Notes under the pieces: model-generated | The model's input: only the letters and a program-made list of their open reading frames with translations | The model's database searches: none | What the model was told of the DNA's origin: nothing | Shown: in pieces, positions 51,310 to 63,455 of the stretch | How positions within the stretch are numbered: position 1 is the first letter of the stretch | Layout of the letters: each line of letters opens with the position of its first letter | Made by a program: the position numbers and the translations under genes | From: Mobula birostris | Taxonomy: Eukaryota | NCBI RefSeq assembly: GCF_030028105.1 | Contig: NC_092374.1 | Coordinates: 158,062,432 to 158,126,431, forward strand | Direction: 5' to 3' | Length of the DNA: 64,000 bases

Positions 51310-51798
51310 AATCAGAATCAGAATCAGAATCAGGTTTATTGTCACTGGCATGTGACTTGAAATTTGTTAACTTAGCAGCAGCAGTTCAATGTCCAAAGAT
51401 TCAATGTCCAAAGATTCGATGTCCATTTAGGAATTGGATGGCAGAGGGGAAGAAGCTGTTCCTGAATCGCTGAGTGTGTGCCTTCAGGCTTCTGTACCTC
51501 CTACCTGATGGTAACAGTGAAAAAAGGGCATGCCCTGGGTGCTGGAGGTCCTTAATAATGGACGCTGCCTTTCTGAGACACTGCTCTTTGAAGATGGCCT
51601 GGGTACTTTGTAGGCTAGTACCCAAGATAGAGCTGACTAGATTTATAACCTTCTGCAGCTTCTTTTGGTCCTGTGCAGTAGCCCCTCCATACCAGACAGT
51701 GATGCAGCCTGTCAGAATGCTCTCCATGGTACAACTATAGAAGTTTTTGAGTGTAATTGGTGACATACCAAATCTCTTCAAACTCCTAATAAAGTATA
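51310..51798 (-). mobile_element. Rex1-type LINE 3' part
   Basis: ORF 51401..51781 FYSCTMESILTGCITVWYG..HPGHALFSLLPSGRRYRSLK. (AATCAG)n tail. Confidence 0.9.
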
Positions 51799-52151
51799 AC
51801 TTTGGAACTTTAGCCCTTGTCCTTTAAGCTGAAAGAGGTTGTCATCATGTGAGGTGCTCAAGAAGAAGATTTGATCATCTGATATGGTACATTTTGTTGA
51901 TCCAAAATATTTATTGCCATGATCCTTAATCGGGTAGGGGAGTGAATATTTAGCAAGATGATTGGATGTTAAGTTCTTTGAGGGTCGGTGGATCGAGGTT
52001 CTTGCATCTTAGAGATGAATATTGCCTTTCACGTGTGTGGATCAAACTCAGTATTCATCTCGTGACATGCACAAAACAGTTGTGGAGTCCACACTTCTGA
52101 AGTAATTCATTATATTTGTGGCACTTCAATCTGTTCAATAAACAGGCAAAT

Positions 52152-52832
52152 GTTCAAAGGTTCATTTATCATCAAAGTATAGAACTCTGAAATACTTCTC
52201 AGATTGGCACATCACCAAGAAAGAAATGAACAGCAGCACGATCAACAACCCACAGATCTGTCCTCCCCACACCAAGTCCAAGTCCATATCCAAAATGCAG
52301 AAAACCTGGGTAAAGTTCTTCAGGCACAGAGGCAGGCATTTCACTCTCCAGCAGCAGAGCAATTTCCCAGGGAACAAAAGGCTGTCTCAATTCTCCGGCA
52401 GCGGAGCGGCCCCAACAGTGATCAGAAGGCAGTCTCCGCCCTCTGGCAGCAGAGTGATCTCACGAGTGATCAAAAGGTAGGCAGCCGGCTCTCACCTTCC
52501 GCATTTGCCTCAAGGCTTCAATCTCCCTCATTGCCCTCGAACTATGGAAGCTTTAATCAGTGAAATGGCGTCGAACATCGGCTCGCGGCCTTCTCAGTAT
52601 GAGATTCGTGAACGCTGCCTTTGCCTCCTGGAATCCTGTCAGAGGCTGCAGAGCGCTGGAACAGCCAAACGATCTCCAAACTGCAAGTCACAGGCTCCAA
52701 AAGTTCCAAAATCATATTCAAGATGAGAAACAAATGTGAAAGACATAAAAGAAGTGGAATATATGGTTTCATGATCTACTGGAAGATGTTGAGCGAAGGA
52801 GTGGTTATTCGCAGGTGCCATCTTGACTGGAA
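52152..52832 (-). mobile_element. Non-coding retroposon family B
   Basis: Colinear with 56669-57447. The 5' end reads ttccagtcAAGATGGC. Confidence 0.7.
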
Positions 52833-54447
52833 AGATAGTCAAAAATAGATTATTACCTGACAACCATCGGAATCTTGAACTGGCCATGAATATGTCTATT
52901 CACCAATGCTCTTGAGCTGATTCTACAATTTACAGACTCACTTTTAAGGACTCTTTACAACTTATGTTCCCAATATTATTCTTATTTGCATAGTTTGTCT
53001 TCTTTTGTTCATTGGTGTTTGTCAGACTTTGTTTATGTAGTTTTCGTAATTTTTTTTGTATTTTTTTCCTGTAAATACCAGCAAGTAAATTCATCTTAAG
53101 TTTGTGTAGTATATTATAACATAATAATAATAAACTTACTTTGAACTTTGAAGTTTTTTCCTTTTCTTTGAATTGTAAGAGGGAAATACTTGAATATAAA
53201 GGACCATTGTGACTTGCATTCCTGGATGTTAAAGTGATTAGTTTTCAAGCAATAAATATGCCATCACCCGTGAATTCCCTTCCAAGTCACATACCAGTCT
53301 AACTTTGAAATTATTCCTTCACTGCCACCTGAGCTAAATCCTGGAGTTCCTTATCTAACAGCCTTGGGAGAGGACCTTCACCTTGTAGATTACAGTGTTA
53401 TGAGAAAGCTACTCGTAACCATATTGTCGGGGGGGGGCATGTGAATTAGGAATTTGGCACAAAATATTAGTTGGGAGAAGAAATTCTTATCAGGATGCCA
53501 GTTAACCCATGCATTGTGATTGGAATGCTGCCAGGTTATTTTTTTGTGTGTATGTGAGAGGATCTGTTTGTCGGTGTTCACAATATTTTTGTTCCCTGGA
53601 GAACCTTTATATATTGTGATTCCTTCCTATTCAGAATATTTGTGTTTCTGGGTTGCTCTGGCACTGTTGTCAATAAAATTAGTCACAACTTCAAGGGAAA
53701 ATGCAGCTTGTTGAACAGTCCAGATGAAGGCCTTGATGGGAAACCTTGGTTGTTTATCTCCCTTCACAGATGCTGCCTGACCTTCTGGGTTCCTCCAGCA
53801 ATTGATTTTTTGGTTGAGTAATATCATTGCCATTGCATTAGGAGAACCATTTTGTTTTCGCATTCAATAATGAAGATCAGCAGTTTCTGAGTGAAATAGG
53901 ATACAATATCCTACATCTCTGAGACTGACTAATGTGAAGGGAGAACAGTGGAGGATTTTTGGACAATAAGTAACCCATAATCCAACTCCATGGAAACCTC
54001 AATGGTTCTCCATCTGTTTGCTAAACTCCCATTCCCTTCATTGTCCTGGTTCCCATACCTCTTTCTACTAACTAGCTCTGGCTCCCTCTCTGCCATAAGA
54101 TCATAAGACATAGAAGCAGAATTAGGCCATTTAGCCCATCAAATCTACCCCACCATTTCATCATAGCTGATCCCAGATCCCATTCAACCTCATACACCTG
54201 CCCTCTCACCATATCCCTTGATTCCCCTACCTATCAGGAATCTATCAACTTCCGCTTTGAATATGTCCACGGTCTTGGCCTCCACTGCAGTCTGTGGCAG
54301 AGCATTCCAGAGATTCACCACTCTTCAGCTAAATAATGTAGACTTCCTTCTGTCCTAAAAGAAGTTATCCCGTTAAGCTTATATATTGACTGGAAATTTG
54401 GCTATAATACCATGTTCCAAAAGTGAATTAAATATGTTGGGTGTTTA

Positions 54448-56066
54448 TAGTGCCTATAAAAAGTATTCACTCCTCTTGGAAGTTTCCATGTTTTATCGTT
54501 TTACACAACTGAATCACAGTGGATTTAATTTGGCTTTTTTTTGAAATTGATCAACAGAAAAAGACTCCTCCAGGTCAGAGTAAAAACAATCTCTATAAAG
54601 TGATATAAATTAATTATAAATATAAAACACAAAATAACTGATTGCATAAGTATTCCCCCCCTTTAATATGACACACAAAATCATCACTGGTGCAAACAAT
54701 TGGTTTTAGAAGTTGCATAATTAGTTAAGTAGAGATCACCTGTGTGTAGTCAAGGTGTTTGAATTGATTATGCTGGAAGGTCCAATTGTTGGTGAGTCAG
54801 TATCCTGGTAAAAACTACACCATAAAGACAAAAGAACAATCCAAGCAACTCTGTGAAAATGTTATTGAAAAGCATACATCAGGAGATGGATACAAAAAAA
54901 ATCTCCAAGTCACTGAATATCCCTTGGAGTACAATTAATTCAATCATTAAGAAAAGTAAAGAATATGGCACAGCTGTAAATCTCCCTGGAGCAGGCCGTC
55001 CTCAAAAACTGACTGACCTTGTAAGAAGGGGACTAGTGAGGGAGGCCACCAAGAGACTGATGACAACTCTGGAGGAGTTACAAGCTTCAGTGGCTAAGAT
55101 GGGAGAGACTGTGCCTACAACAACTATCGCCCGGGTGCTTCACCAGTCATAACTTTATGGGAGAGTGACAAAGAGAAAGCTACTGTTGAAAAAAAAACTC
55201 ACATGAAGTCTCAACTAGAGTTTTCCAGAAGGCATGTGGGAGACTCCGAAGTCAACTGGAAGAAGGTTCTGTGGTCTGATGAAACCAAAATTGAGCTTTT
55301 TGGCCATCACACTAAACGCTACGTTTAGCATAAGCCAAACACTGCACATCATCAAAAACACACTATCCCTACCGTGAAGTGTGGTGGCTGCATCATGCTG
55401 TGGGGATGCTTCATTGCAGCGGGCCCTGGAAGGCTTGCAAAGGTAGAGGGTAAAATGAATGCAGCAAAATACAGGGAAATCCTGGAGGAAAACCTGATGC
55501 ATTCTATAAGAGAACTGCTACTTGGGAGAAGATTTGTTTTCTAGCAAGACAATGACCCTGAGCATAAAGCCAAAGTTACACAGGAATGGCTTGAAGCAAC
55601 AAAGTTAATGTCCTGGAGTGGCCAAGTCAGAGTCTAGACTTCAATCCAATTGAGAGTTTGTGGTTGGACTTGAAAAGGGCTGTTTAGTCAAGATTCCCAT
55701 GCAATCTGACAGAGCTGGAGCAAGTTTGTAAGGAAGAATGGGAAAAATTGCAGTGTCCAGATGTGCAGAGTCAATAAGAGACCTATCCACACAGACTCAA
55801 GGGTGTAATTGCTGCCCAAGATGCATCTACCAAATACTGACTTGAAGGGGATGATTAATTATGCAATCAATTCTTACGTTTAATAATGGTAATAAACTTA
55901 AGACCAATTTGTAGAAATTTGTTTTCACTTCGACATGAAAGAATCTTTCTGTTGATCAATATCAAAAAAGCCAAATTAAATCCATGGTGATTTAATGTAA
56001 TAAAACAATAAAAGATGCAAATTTCCAAGCCGGGTGGGGTGGGGTGAATACTTTTTATAGGCACAG
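54448..56066 (+). mobile_element. Full-length decayed Tc1 transposon (1.6 kb, about 215-bp TIRs)
   Basis: TA|tagtgcctataaaaagtattcac ... gtgaatactttttataggcacag|TA. Long imperfect TIRs at about 54448-54662 and 55843-56066. Confidence 0.95.
54822..55840 (+). pseudogene. Tc1 DDE transposase pseudogene
   Basis: Start mutated to ATA. GRPQKL; VLWSDETKIELF; *QDND; WPSQSLDFNPIE; ASTKY*. Contains stops and frameshifts. Confidence 0.92.
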
Positions 56067-56499
56067 TAAATAGGCGTGTCCAATTCTCCAAAAAGTCTTG
56101 TCTGTCTGACACCCGCAATATCCATAGCATTCTGGGTTAGTGGAATGTTACCATTAAATCTCTGCTGTCTTTAACCTTGGTTCAGTCCAGCCATGAGTGC
56201 TGTCTACGTGGAGTTTGCATGGTTTCCCTGTTGGTGGTGGCATCTCCCCAGGGGCTCCAGTTATCTTCCATGTCCCTGGGCCGTACTGGCAGAAGGATTG
56301 TCTCATGTCAGCTACACCTTGGTGGAGGAGAGGGGGACAAGGGAGTCGGCAGGTTATTGGACAGATGGAATGGCTCTAGGAGCTGATGTAGACTTAATGG
56401 ACTGATTGGCCACTGGGGTGTTGCTCTGTGATATGCCAGATCTCCTTAAGCTTCTGAGAAAGTAGAAGCACTGGCGAGTCATCTTTCTGATCGCAAAAT

Positions 56500-57822
56500 G
56501 TTTGTAAAAATTGGGCCCTATATCTAAGAAAGGATGTGAAGGCATTGTAGAGACTATAGATGAGGTTTACAAGGATGATCCAAGAAATGAAAGGGTTAAT
56601 GTATGGAGGAGCATTTGTTAACTCTGGGCCGGTACTCACTGGAGTTTAGAAGAGTTAAAGAGGATCTCAAAGGTTCATCAAAGGTTAATTTATTATTAAA
56701 GTATACAACCCTGAAATTCTTCTTCTCCAGATGGCCATGAAACCAAGAAAGAAAAGAGTAGCAGCTGGATTATCAACTCCCAAATCCCTCCTCACCACAC
56801 AAAAAAAAAGGTCAAAAACGGAACAGGCACATGGACCTCCAAATCCCTCTCCCCACACACAAAAAAAAAGAGAAAGATTTGGAGAAAAACACAGAATGTA
56901 AAAAACCATAAGACTGAAAAAAAGCCCACAATCCAAGTACACATCCAAACCAAAACGTAGAAAACCTGGGCAACATTCTTCCTCTCCATAGCAGTCTGAT
57001 CACACCAGTGATCAGAAGTCTGTCTTCCCTCCCTGTAGCAGAGAGATTGCACCGGCTATGAAAAAGGCAGTCTCCTCTCTCCAGTGGCAGTGTGATCCTC
57101 CAGCGATAAGGCTGCAGGTAGCTGGTGTTTCAATCTCCCTTGTCGCTTTAATCAGCGATCAATGCAAGTTTTAATTGGCGAAATGGAGTTGAACATTGGC
57201 TCACAGCCTTCTCACCACGAGGTTCCCATATGCTACCTCTGCCTCCCGGAATCTCCTTCAAGACTGCAGAGTTCTGAAACATCCAAACAATGTCCAATTT
57301 GCAAATCACAGGCTCCAACAGTTCCAGAATCACATTCAAGATGAAAAACAAACATAAAAGGCATAAAAGAAGTGAAACATATGGTTTCTTGAGCTATGAA
57401 AATGTTGACCGAAGGATGTTGTACAGAAATGCCATCTTGACTGGAAGTCACTGAAGGATACAGTACTGAAAACTGTAAGGCCCCAGGTAGAGTAGACATG
57501 GAGAGAATGTTTCCAGTATTGAAAAAGTCTTGGACCAGAAGGCACAGTCTCAGAATACAAGGATGTCCTTTTAGAATGGAGATGAGGAATAATTTATTTA
57601 GTCAGGGTGGTGAATCTGTGGAATTTATTACCACAGTCAGCTGTGGAGGCCAAATCACATGGCATGTTTAAAGTGGGGGTTAATAGTTTCTTAATTAGTG
57701 AGGATGTCAAAGGTTATGGGGAGAATGGGATTCAGAGGGAATATAAACCAGCTATGGTAGAATGGCAGAGCAGACTTTATGTGCTGAATGGCCTAATTCT
57801 GCTCCTACATCTTATGGTCTTG
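56500..57822 (+). mobile_element. CR1 LINE 3' part split by a family B retroposon
   Basis: PYLRKDV..RFTRMI and RVVNLWNLLP. Tail tcttatggtctt. Confidence 0.85.
56669..57447 (-). mobile_element. Non-coding retroposon family B
   Basis: Colinear with 52152-52832. The 5' end reads cttccagtcAAGATGGC. Confidence 0.7.
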
Positions 57823-58027
57823 TATTTTTGAGGTGTGATGTCTGCATTTCCACCTATCTGAGTGTTCAACTGTAACAACATCATTGTATGCAAATTGGCT
57901 GGGAATTGCACTGCTTGCAATCTTCAAATTCACTGTAATATTAAAAATAAAATAACCTCCTCTAATGGATAATGACTGTACCACTTGTTTATCTTGGGCA
58001 CACATCAACAGACTCCTGTCTAATCTC

Positions 58028-58203
58028 AAACACGAGGAATTCTGCAGATGCTGGAAATTCAAGCACCACACATCAAAGTTGCTGGTGAACGCAGCAGGCC
58101 AGGCAGCATCTCTAGGAAGAGGTACAGTCGACGTTGACTGTATCTCTTCCTAGAGATGCTGCCTGGCCTGCTGCGTTCACCAGCAACTTTGATGTGTGGT
58201 TCT
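58028..58203. mobile_element. PLE-derived mini fold-back element (near-perfect palindrome)
   Basis: 68-bp arms 58065-58132 and 58133-58200 with 2 mismatches. 11-bp TSD tgtctaatctc (58017-58027 and 58204-58214). Confidence 0.92.
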
Positions 58204-58489
58204 TGTCTAATCTCGCTTGTATTTCTGGTTAGCTGTCATACTACAGCTGACGACTGATTCTCAGAAGCTGATACAAAACAAACTGCACAAACTACTTATT
58301 GGTAAGGCAGACAATGCTGACAGAACCTCACATTTTCTGCTCTATAGTTACCATATCCAACATCAATCTTAATTCATACCGTAAATCCTTAATCTTTTTT
58401 TAAAATATAGATCCTGCTTTTATAGGTTGATTTTGTTCAGAAGTTAGAAAATACACAAAATCCATTCAACTTGGTAACCATGGCCATTG

Positions 58490-59435
58490 AGGCATAGACT
58501 GAGTGCATAGCCAGGGACTTCTTTCCCATAATGAAAATGAAGGGGCATAATTTTAAGGTGATTGGAGTAAAGTGTGGTGGGGGGGGAGAATGTCAGATTT
58601 TTTTACACTAATAGTGGTGGGTGCGTGGAATGCCCTGCTAGGAGTGGTGATTAGAAGCAGATACATTAGGGACATTTAAGGAATTCTTATATAGGCATAT
58701 GGATGATAGAAAAATGGAGGGTTAGATTAATCTTAGAGTAAGTTAATAAGTTGGCACAACATCATGGGCTGAAGGGCCTGTACTGTGCTGTACTGTTCTA
58801 TGTTTTAACCATCCTTTGCTGTACTATAATAAGACCATAAGATATAGGAAGAGAATTAGGCCATTTGTCCAGTCGAGTCTGCTTCACCATTTCATCAAGG
58901 CTGATCCATTTCCCTCTCAGCCCCAGTCTCCTGCCTTTTCCCTGTATCCTTTCATGCCCTGACTAACCAAGAATCTACCAACCCCTGCCTTAAATATACT
59001 CAGTGACTTGGCCTCCATAGTCACTTCAGGTCAAGTCGTCACCTTGTCATTTCAACCATAACTGCTGGTACAGTACACAGTAAAAACAAGACAATGTTTT
59101 TCAGGACCATGGTGCTACATGAACAAAACAAAAACTACACTGAACTACGTAAAACAACACAAAAGTACACTAGACTACAGACTAAAATGCACAAAACAGT
59201 GCAGACATTACAATAAATAATAAAAAAGACAATAGGCACAGTAGAGGGCAGTAGGTTGTTGTCAGTCCAGGCTCCGGGTATTGAGGAGTCTGATGGCTTG
59301 GGGGAAGAATGATTGTGTTGAATGCTGAACTGAAGTCTATGAACAGCATTTGAAAATACTTGTCTTTTTTGTCCAGGTGGGTTAGGGCAATGAATTCCAC
59401 AGATTCCCAATTCTTTGGCTAAAGAAATTCCTCCC
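58490..59435. mobile_element. Cluster: CR1 tail (+, 58490-58805) and CR1 tail (-, 58829-59435), the latter interrupted by a Rex1 fragment (59025-59390)
   Basis: CR1 tail repeats. [26 protein letters not shown] is joined directly to a Rex1 3' UTR. Confidence 0.7.
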
Positions 59436-60149
59436 AATAAGTGGCATCAAAAGCACATAAAACTGATAAGAAAGTACAATTAAAAATGTAGAGTGAGGGA
59501 GAGGGAGAGAGGAAATTAGCTCTGCTCTTTATAAGAATTAACATATGCAGGTGTCCATAAGTTCTGTGTTTGTAACCTGGGGAATCCCTGTTAGGCAATC
59601 CATGAAGACAAAGAAGCAGGTAAAAACCAGAAGTGGGATAATGACAAATTTAGTGGAAACTAGTGACAGATGTTTTTTTATATACAGGTACAAGAAAGGC
59701 AACAATCTACATGTCCAATGCATTAAAAAATCTGTAACATTTATGTGAATGAAGTATACTGCTTCAATTTAGTTCCAATTGAACTTCGGAAAATTCCAAA
59801 GACTAAGCAAATTTAAAAAAAATCAGTCTTATAGCGCTTATTGTCATTCTTTGGTAATTGGTGTCCACAGGAGTGGAGGACCCTATAGACTTCTGCTTCG
59901 AAAATTAATTATACTCAGTGCTTTTAGTGAATCAACAAAAAAGTTATGAAAATACCCAGAACCAATCCAACTACAGTAATAAAATCTGCGGGCATTTTAA
60001 TCATTCAGAGACAGGGATCCTGTATTTTATCTTACAATGGTATAATTTCTGATGAGTCGACAGATAACCCAAGACGTGCTATTTTAATAAAAATTAAGTT
60101 TGATGGTTTCTGAGGTAGTTCTGAAGTAGGCACACTACTCAGTGTGAGG

Positions 60150-61250
60150 CTGAAAGGATAAACAAATTGCTGGAAGAACTCAGCAGGACTGTCAGCATCT
60201 GTGAGGCAGAGAGAAGGTGAATGTTCTCAAACATGATCCTGCATCACATCTGAGAGTGTAGAGGGAAGATAGCCAGCTTCAAAAAGTGTGGGCGGGGAGG
60301 GGGTGTAGGTGGCAGGTGGACGCAGGTAAGCATGGCGGGGTGAAGAGATGTGTGATGACAGGTGAGAGGGGGTAAGGGTGGGGGAAAGTATTGAGACAGA
60401 GGCTGTTAGGTGATACTGTAGATGAAATTAGATAAGTGAGACCATGAGACCATAAGACATAGGAGCAGAATTAGGCCATTTGGCCTATCGAGCCTGCTCC
60501 ACCGTTCAATCATGGCTGACTCTTTTTTTTTTCTCCTCTTCAACCCCAGTTCCTGGCCTTCTCCCCGTAACTTTTGATGCCATGCCCAATCAAGAACCTA
60601 TCAATCTCTGCCTTAAATACACCCAATGACCTGGCCTCCACAGCTGCATGTGGCAACCAATTCCACAAATTCACCACCCTTTGACTAAAGAGGGTGGGAT
60701 GATGGGCAGATGGAATCAGGGTAATATTGGGGGGGAGATGGGGGGAAATGAAATAAAAATGGAGACACCATCGGTGGACCTGTAGGAATGAGAAAGGAAT
60801 ATAGGGGGTATGGGCTACCTGAAATTCAAAAAAAATCAATGTTCATACCATTGGGTAGTAGATGCCCAAGTGAAATATAAAATGTTCTTCTAGTTTGTGC
60901 TTTACCTTACTGAGGCAGTGGGAAAGCAGAAAACAGACATGTTAGTGTGGGAATGGGATGTGGAGTTGAAATGACAAGGAACTAGAAGCTCAAGCGGGCT
61001 ACTATGGACAGAGCTGCAGAGGCAGAGAAACTAAGAAAAGAGATTGCTTTTTTTGTGGGAGATGGATTGGGAAGAGATAGAGTCGAAGTCGCTTTGAGAG
61101 TTGGTGGGTTTATAGTAGATGGTGTTTAGCTTATCTCCTGAGATGGGAACAGAGACCTCCTGGAAAGGGAAAGAGAAGTCTGAGATAGTCCAGATGAAAT
61201 TGAAGGCATGGTGGAAGTTGGTGGCAAAGGTGATAAAGTTGATAAATTCC
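60150..61250 (-). mobile_element. Old PLE with a CR1 tail inserted at about 60440-60690
   Basis: FINFITFATNFHHAFNFIWTISDFSFPF..IYYKPTNSQS (PLE RT thumb) and pLTR-like end at 60160-60250. Confidence 0.75.
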
Positions 61251-62799
61251 GCAAAACCGTAGGTTTTGATTTTATTACTGTTAGGTTCTGGAAATGTGCA
61301 AATCCAAAAGTCCTTGTGTATGATCAGCTTGATTTTTTCATATTGAGGCTTCAGCTTTTTCCTTTTTTTCTCAGCCAATATTTAGACTGCAGAGATCTTG
61401 GCAGAATTAGAAGCTGTTGGAATTTGTGTTTTCTCTGTAGATGTGTTCTATACAAAGGGATTGCAATCCAGAATCATGAAAAAAACACTAGTTTATGCAG
61501 CTCACTCATTAAAACACATTAAAATCCAGATTTGTGTCATCTTTCATTCCTGCAGGCTGGAGAATTATTTTCTTTAAAAGCATATGTAGTGTACTGAACA
61601 TCTGTTGTGGACTTTTCTGCAAGTACTTAAAGCCAGCATGAATATTTCAATGAAGTTTTGTCACATCTGATCCAATTTAACTGTTAAACACCAACTAAGG
61701 GTCTATGACGGGTAACATTATAGACTTGCCTCTGCCTGATTTCTAACAATTAGAATGATGACGTATCTCAAGAAGGTATAATGAAGTAGCCTCACTATCT
61801 GGGACTTGCCTTCTTCCTATTACTATCATCAGGAAGGAACCTGAAGATCTGCACTCAATATTTTATGAACAGTTTCTTCTCCTCTGCCATCAGATTTTTG
61901 AATGCTCCATAAACCCATGAACACTACGTTGCTATTCCTCTTTTGCGCGACATATTTTTTAATTGTAACTTATAATAATTTATTATGCTTGTACCATACT
62001 GCCTCCCATAAAACAACAAATTTTACATTTTATGTCAGTGCCAATAAACCTTATTCTGATTCAAAATTCAAAGTAAATTTACTATCGTAGTACATTCAGT
62101 ATATGTCACCATATACAACAGAGATTCTGATTGTTTGAAGTGCATTACTGCAGATACACAAGGTAGTAGTTCAATTAAATCATATAAGTGCTCCTTATTT
62201 GCTGCTTTCTGCAGAATAATCCACTGCGGAGTGGGGTACTAACATACTGCATGGTAAAGTGGCATCTTTTCTAAGCTTTTAAATCATTCTGCAAGGTTTA
62301 CTGTGAGCAGCTGCTGGGAGGTACTACGTTCAAGCAATTGCTCTTGAACCGATGATGCCAGAACTCCCTCTGCAACATTAGATGACAAGTATGGTTGGGT
62401 CATGTAAGCATAATGATGATCAAACATGTCAGTTTATGTATTAAGTTACTTTTTCCACATAAAAAGGCAAATGATTCACCCAACCCACAGTCGTAAATTA
62501 AAGAGGAGATGATCCCTGTCAAAGAGACGTCAACACCAAAATGGACACTTCATTAGTTCCAGTCAGGAACCTAAACTCTGTTTAAGAGTCCCGCGTTGAG
62601 ATTGAGTTGAAATGCTTGAGGTTGTGTCTTGGGAGGGCAATCTTTCCCACTCCATGCTCCATTTAACTGGTTCACAAGCCACGGTGTTACTTTGGACAGA
62701 GTGAACTCGAGACTTCATAAACAACACAGTTGAGATGGAGCTTGGTAGAATGCAGGATATCTATGAACAAAGAGCCCACCAAAACAACTGTAGGATGTT

Positions 62800-63455
62800 T
62801 CATAGAGTTACAGGTATACAGCAAGGATGCAACCTCACTGACTACAGTGACTTCATGGGCTTGTCTCATTTGCCTGCATTTGGCCCACATGCCACTAAAC
62901 CTTTCCTCTCTGTATGCCTGTCCAAATGACTTTGAAAATTGCATTTGTACCCACCTGTACCACTTCCTCTGGCAGCTCATTCCATAGACCCACCAGCCTC
63001 TGTATGAAAACCTTATCCCTCTGATCCCCTTTAGATCATTGCTTTCTCACCTTAAATGTGCCCTATGGTTTTAAACACCTCTGGTGTGGGATTATAGTTG
63101 GGACTATTCACTTTATTTTTACCTTTATGATTTTATAAACCTTTATAAGTTACCCATCAGCCTCCATTGCTCCAGCAAGTATGGTGCCATCCTATCCAGT
63201 CTGTCCTTTAAACTCAAGCCCGATAGTATTGTAAACATCTTTGAGAATTTTTGCTGCACCCTTTCCAGCTAAATCAGATCCTTTGCGTAGTAGGGTGACC
63301 AGAGCTTCACATAGTATTCCAGGTGTTTACTCACCAGTATTGACCAATAAGGTGACTTTCTGAGCTCTTGTGCTCAGTGCCCTATTTGGCAAAGGGAAGA
63401 GTGCTGTACTCCTCCTTCACCAACTTGTCTGCAACTGTTGCCATTTTCAGGGAGC
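62800..63455 (-). mobile_element. CR1 LINE 3' part
   Basis: tgcaccctttccagc..tagggtgaccagagcttcacatagtattcc and a typical CR1 3' UTR. Confidence 0.8.

Noticed and set aside
51385-51425. 15-bp tandem repeat tcaatgtccaaagat (about 2.6 copies) as a CRISPR-like array
   Set aside because: There are no spacers. It is a local duplication at a deletion junction in a Rex1 tail, in a eukaryotic context.
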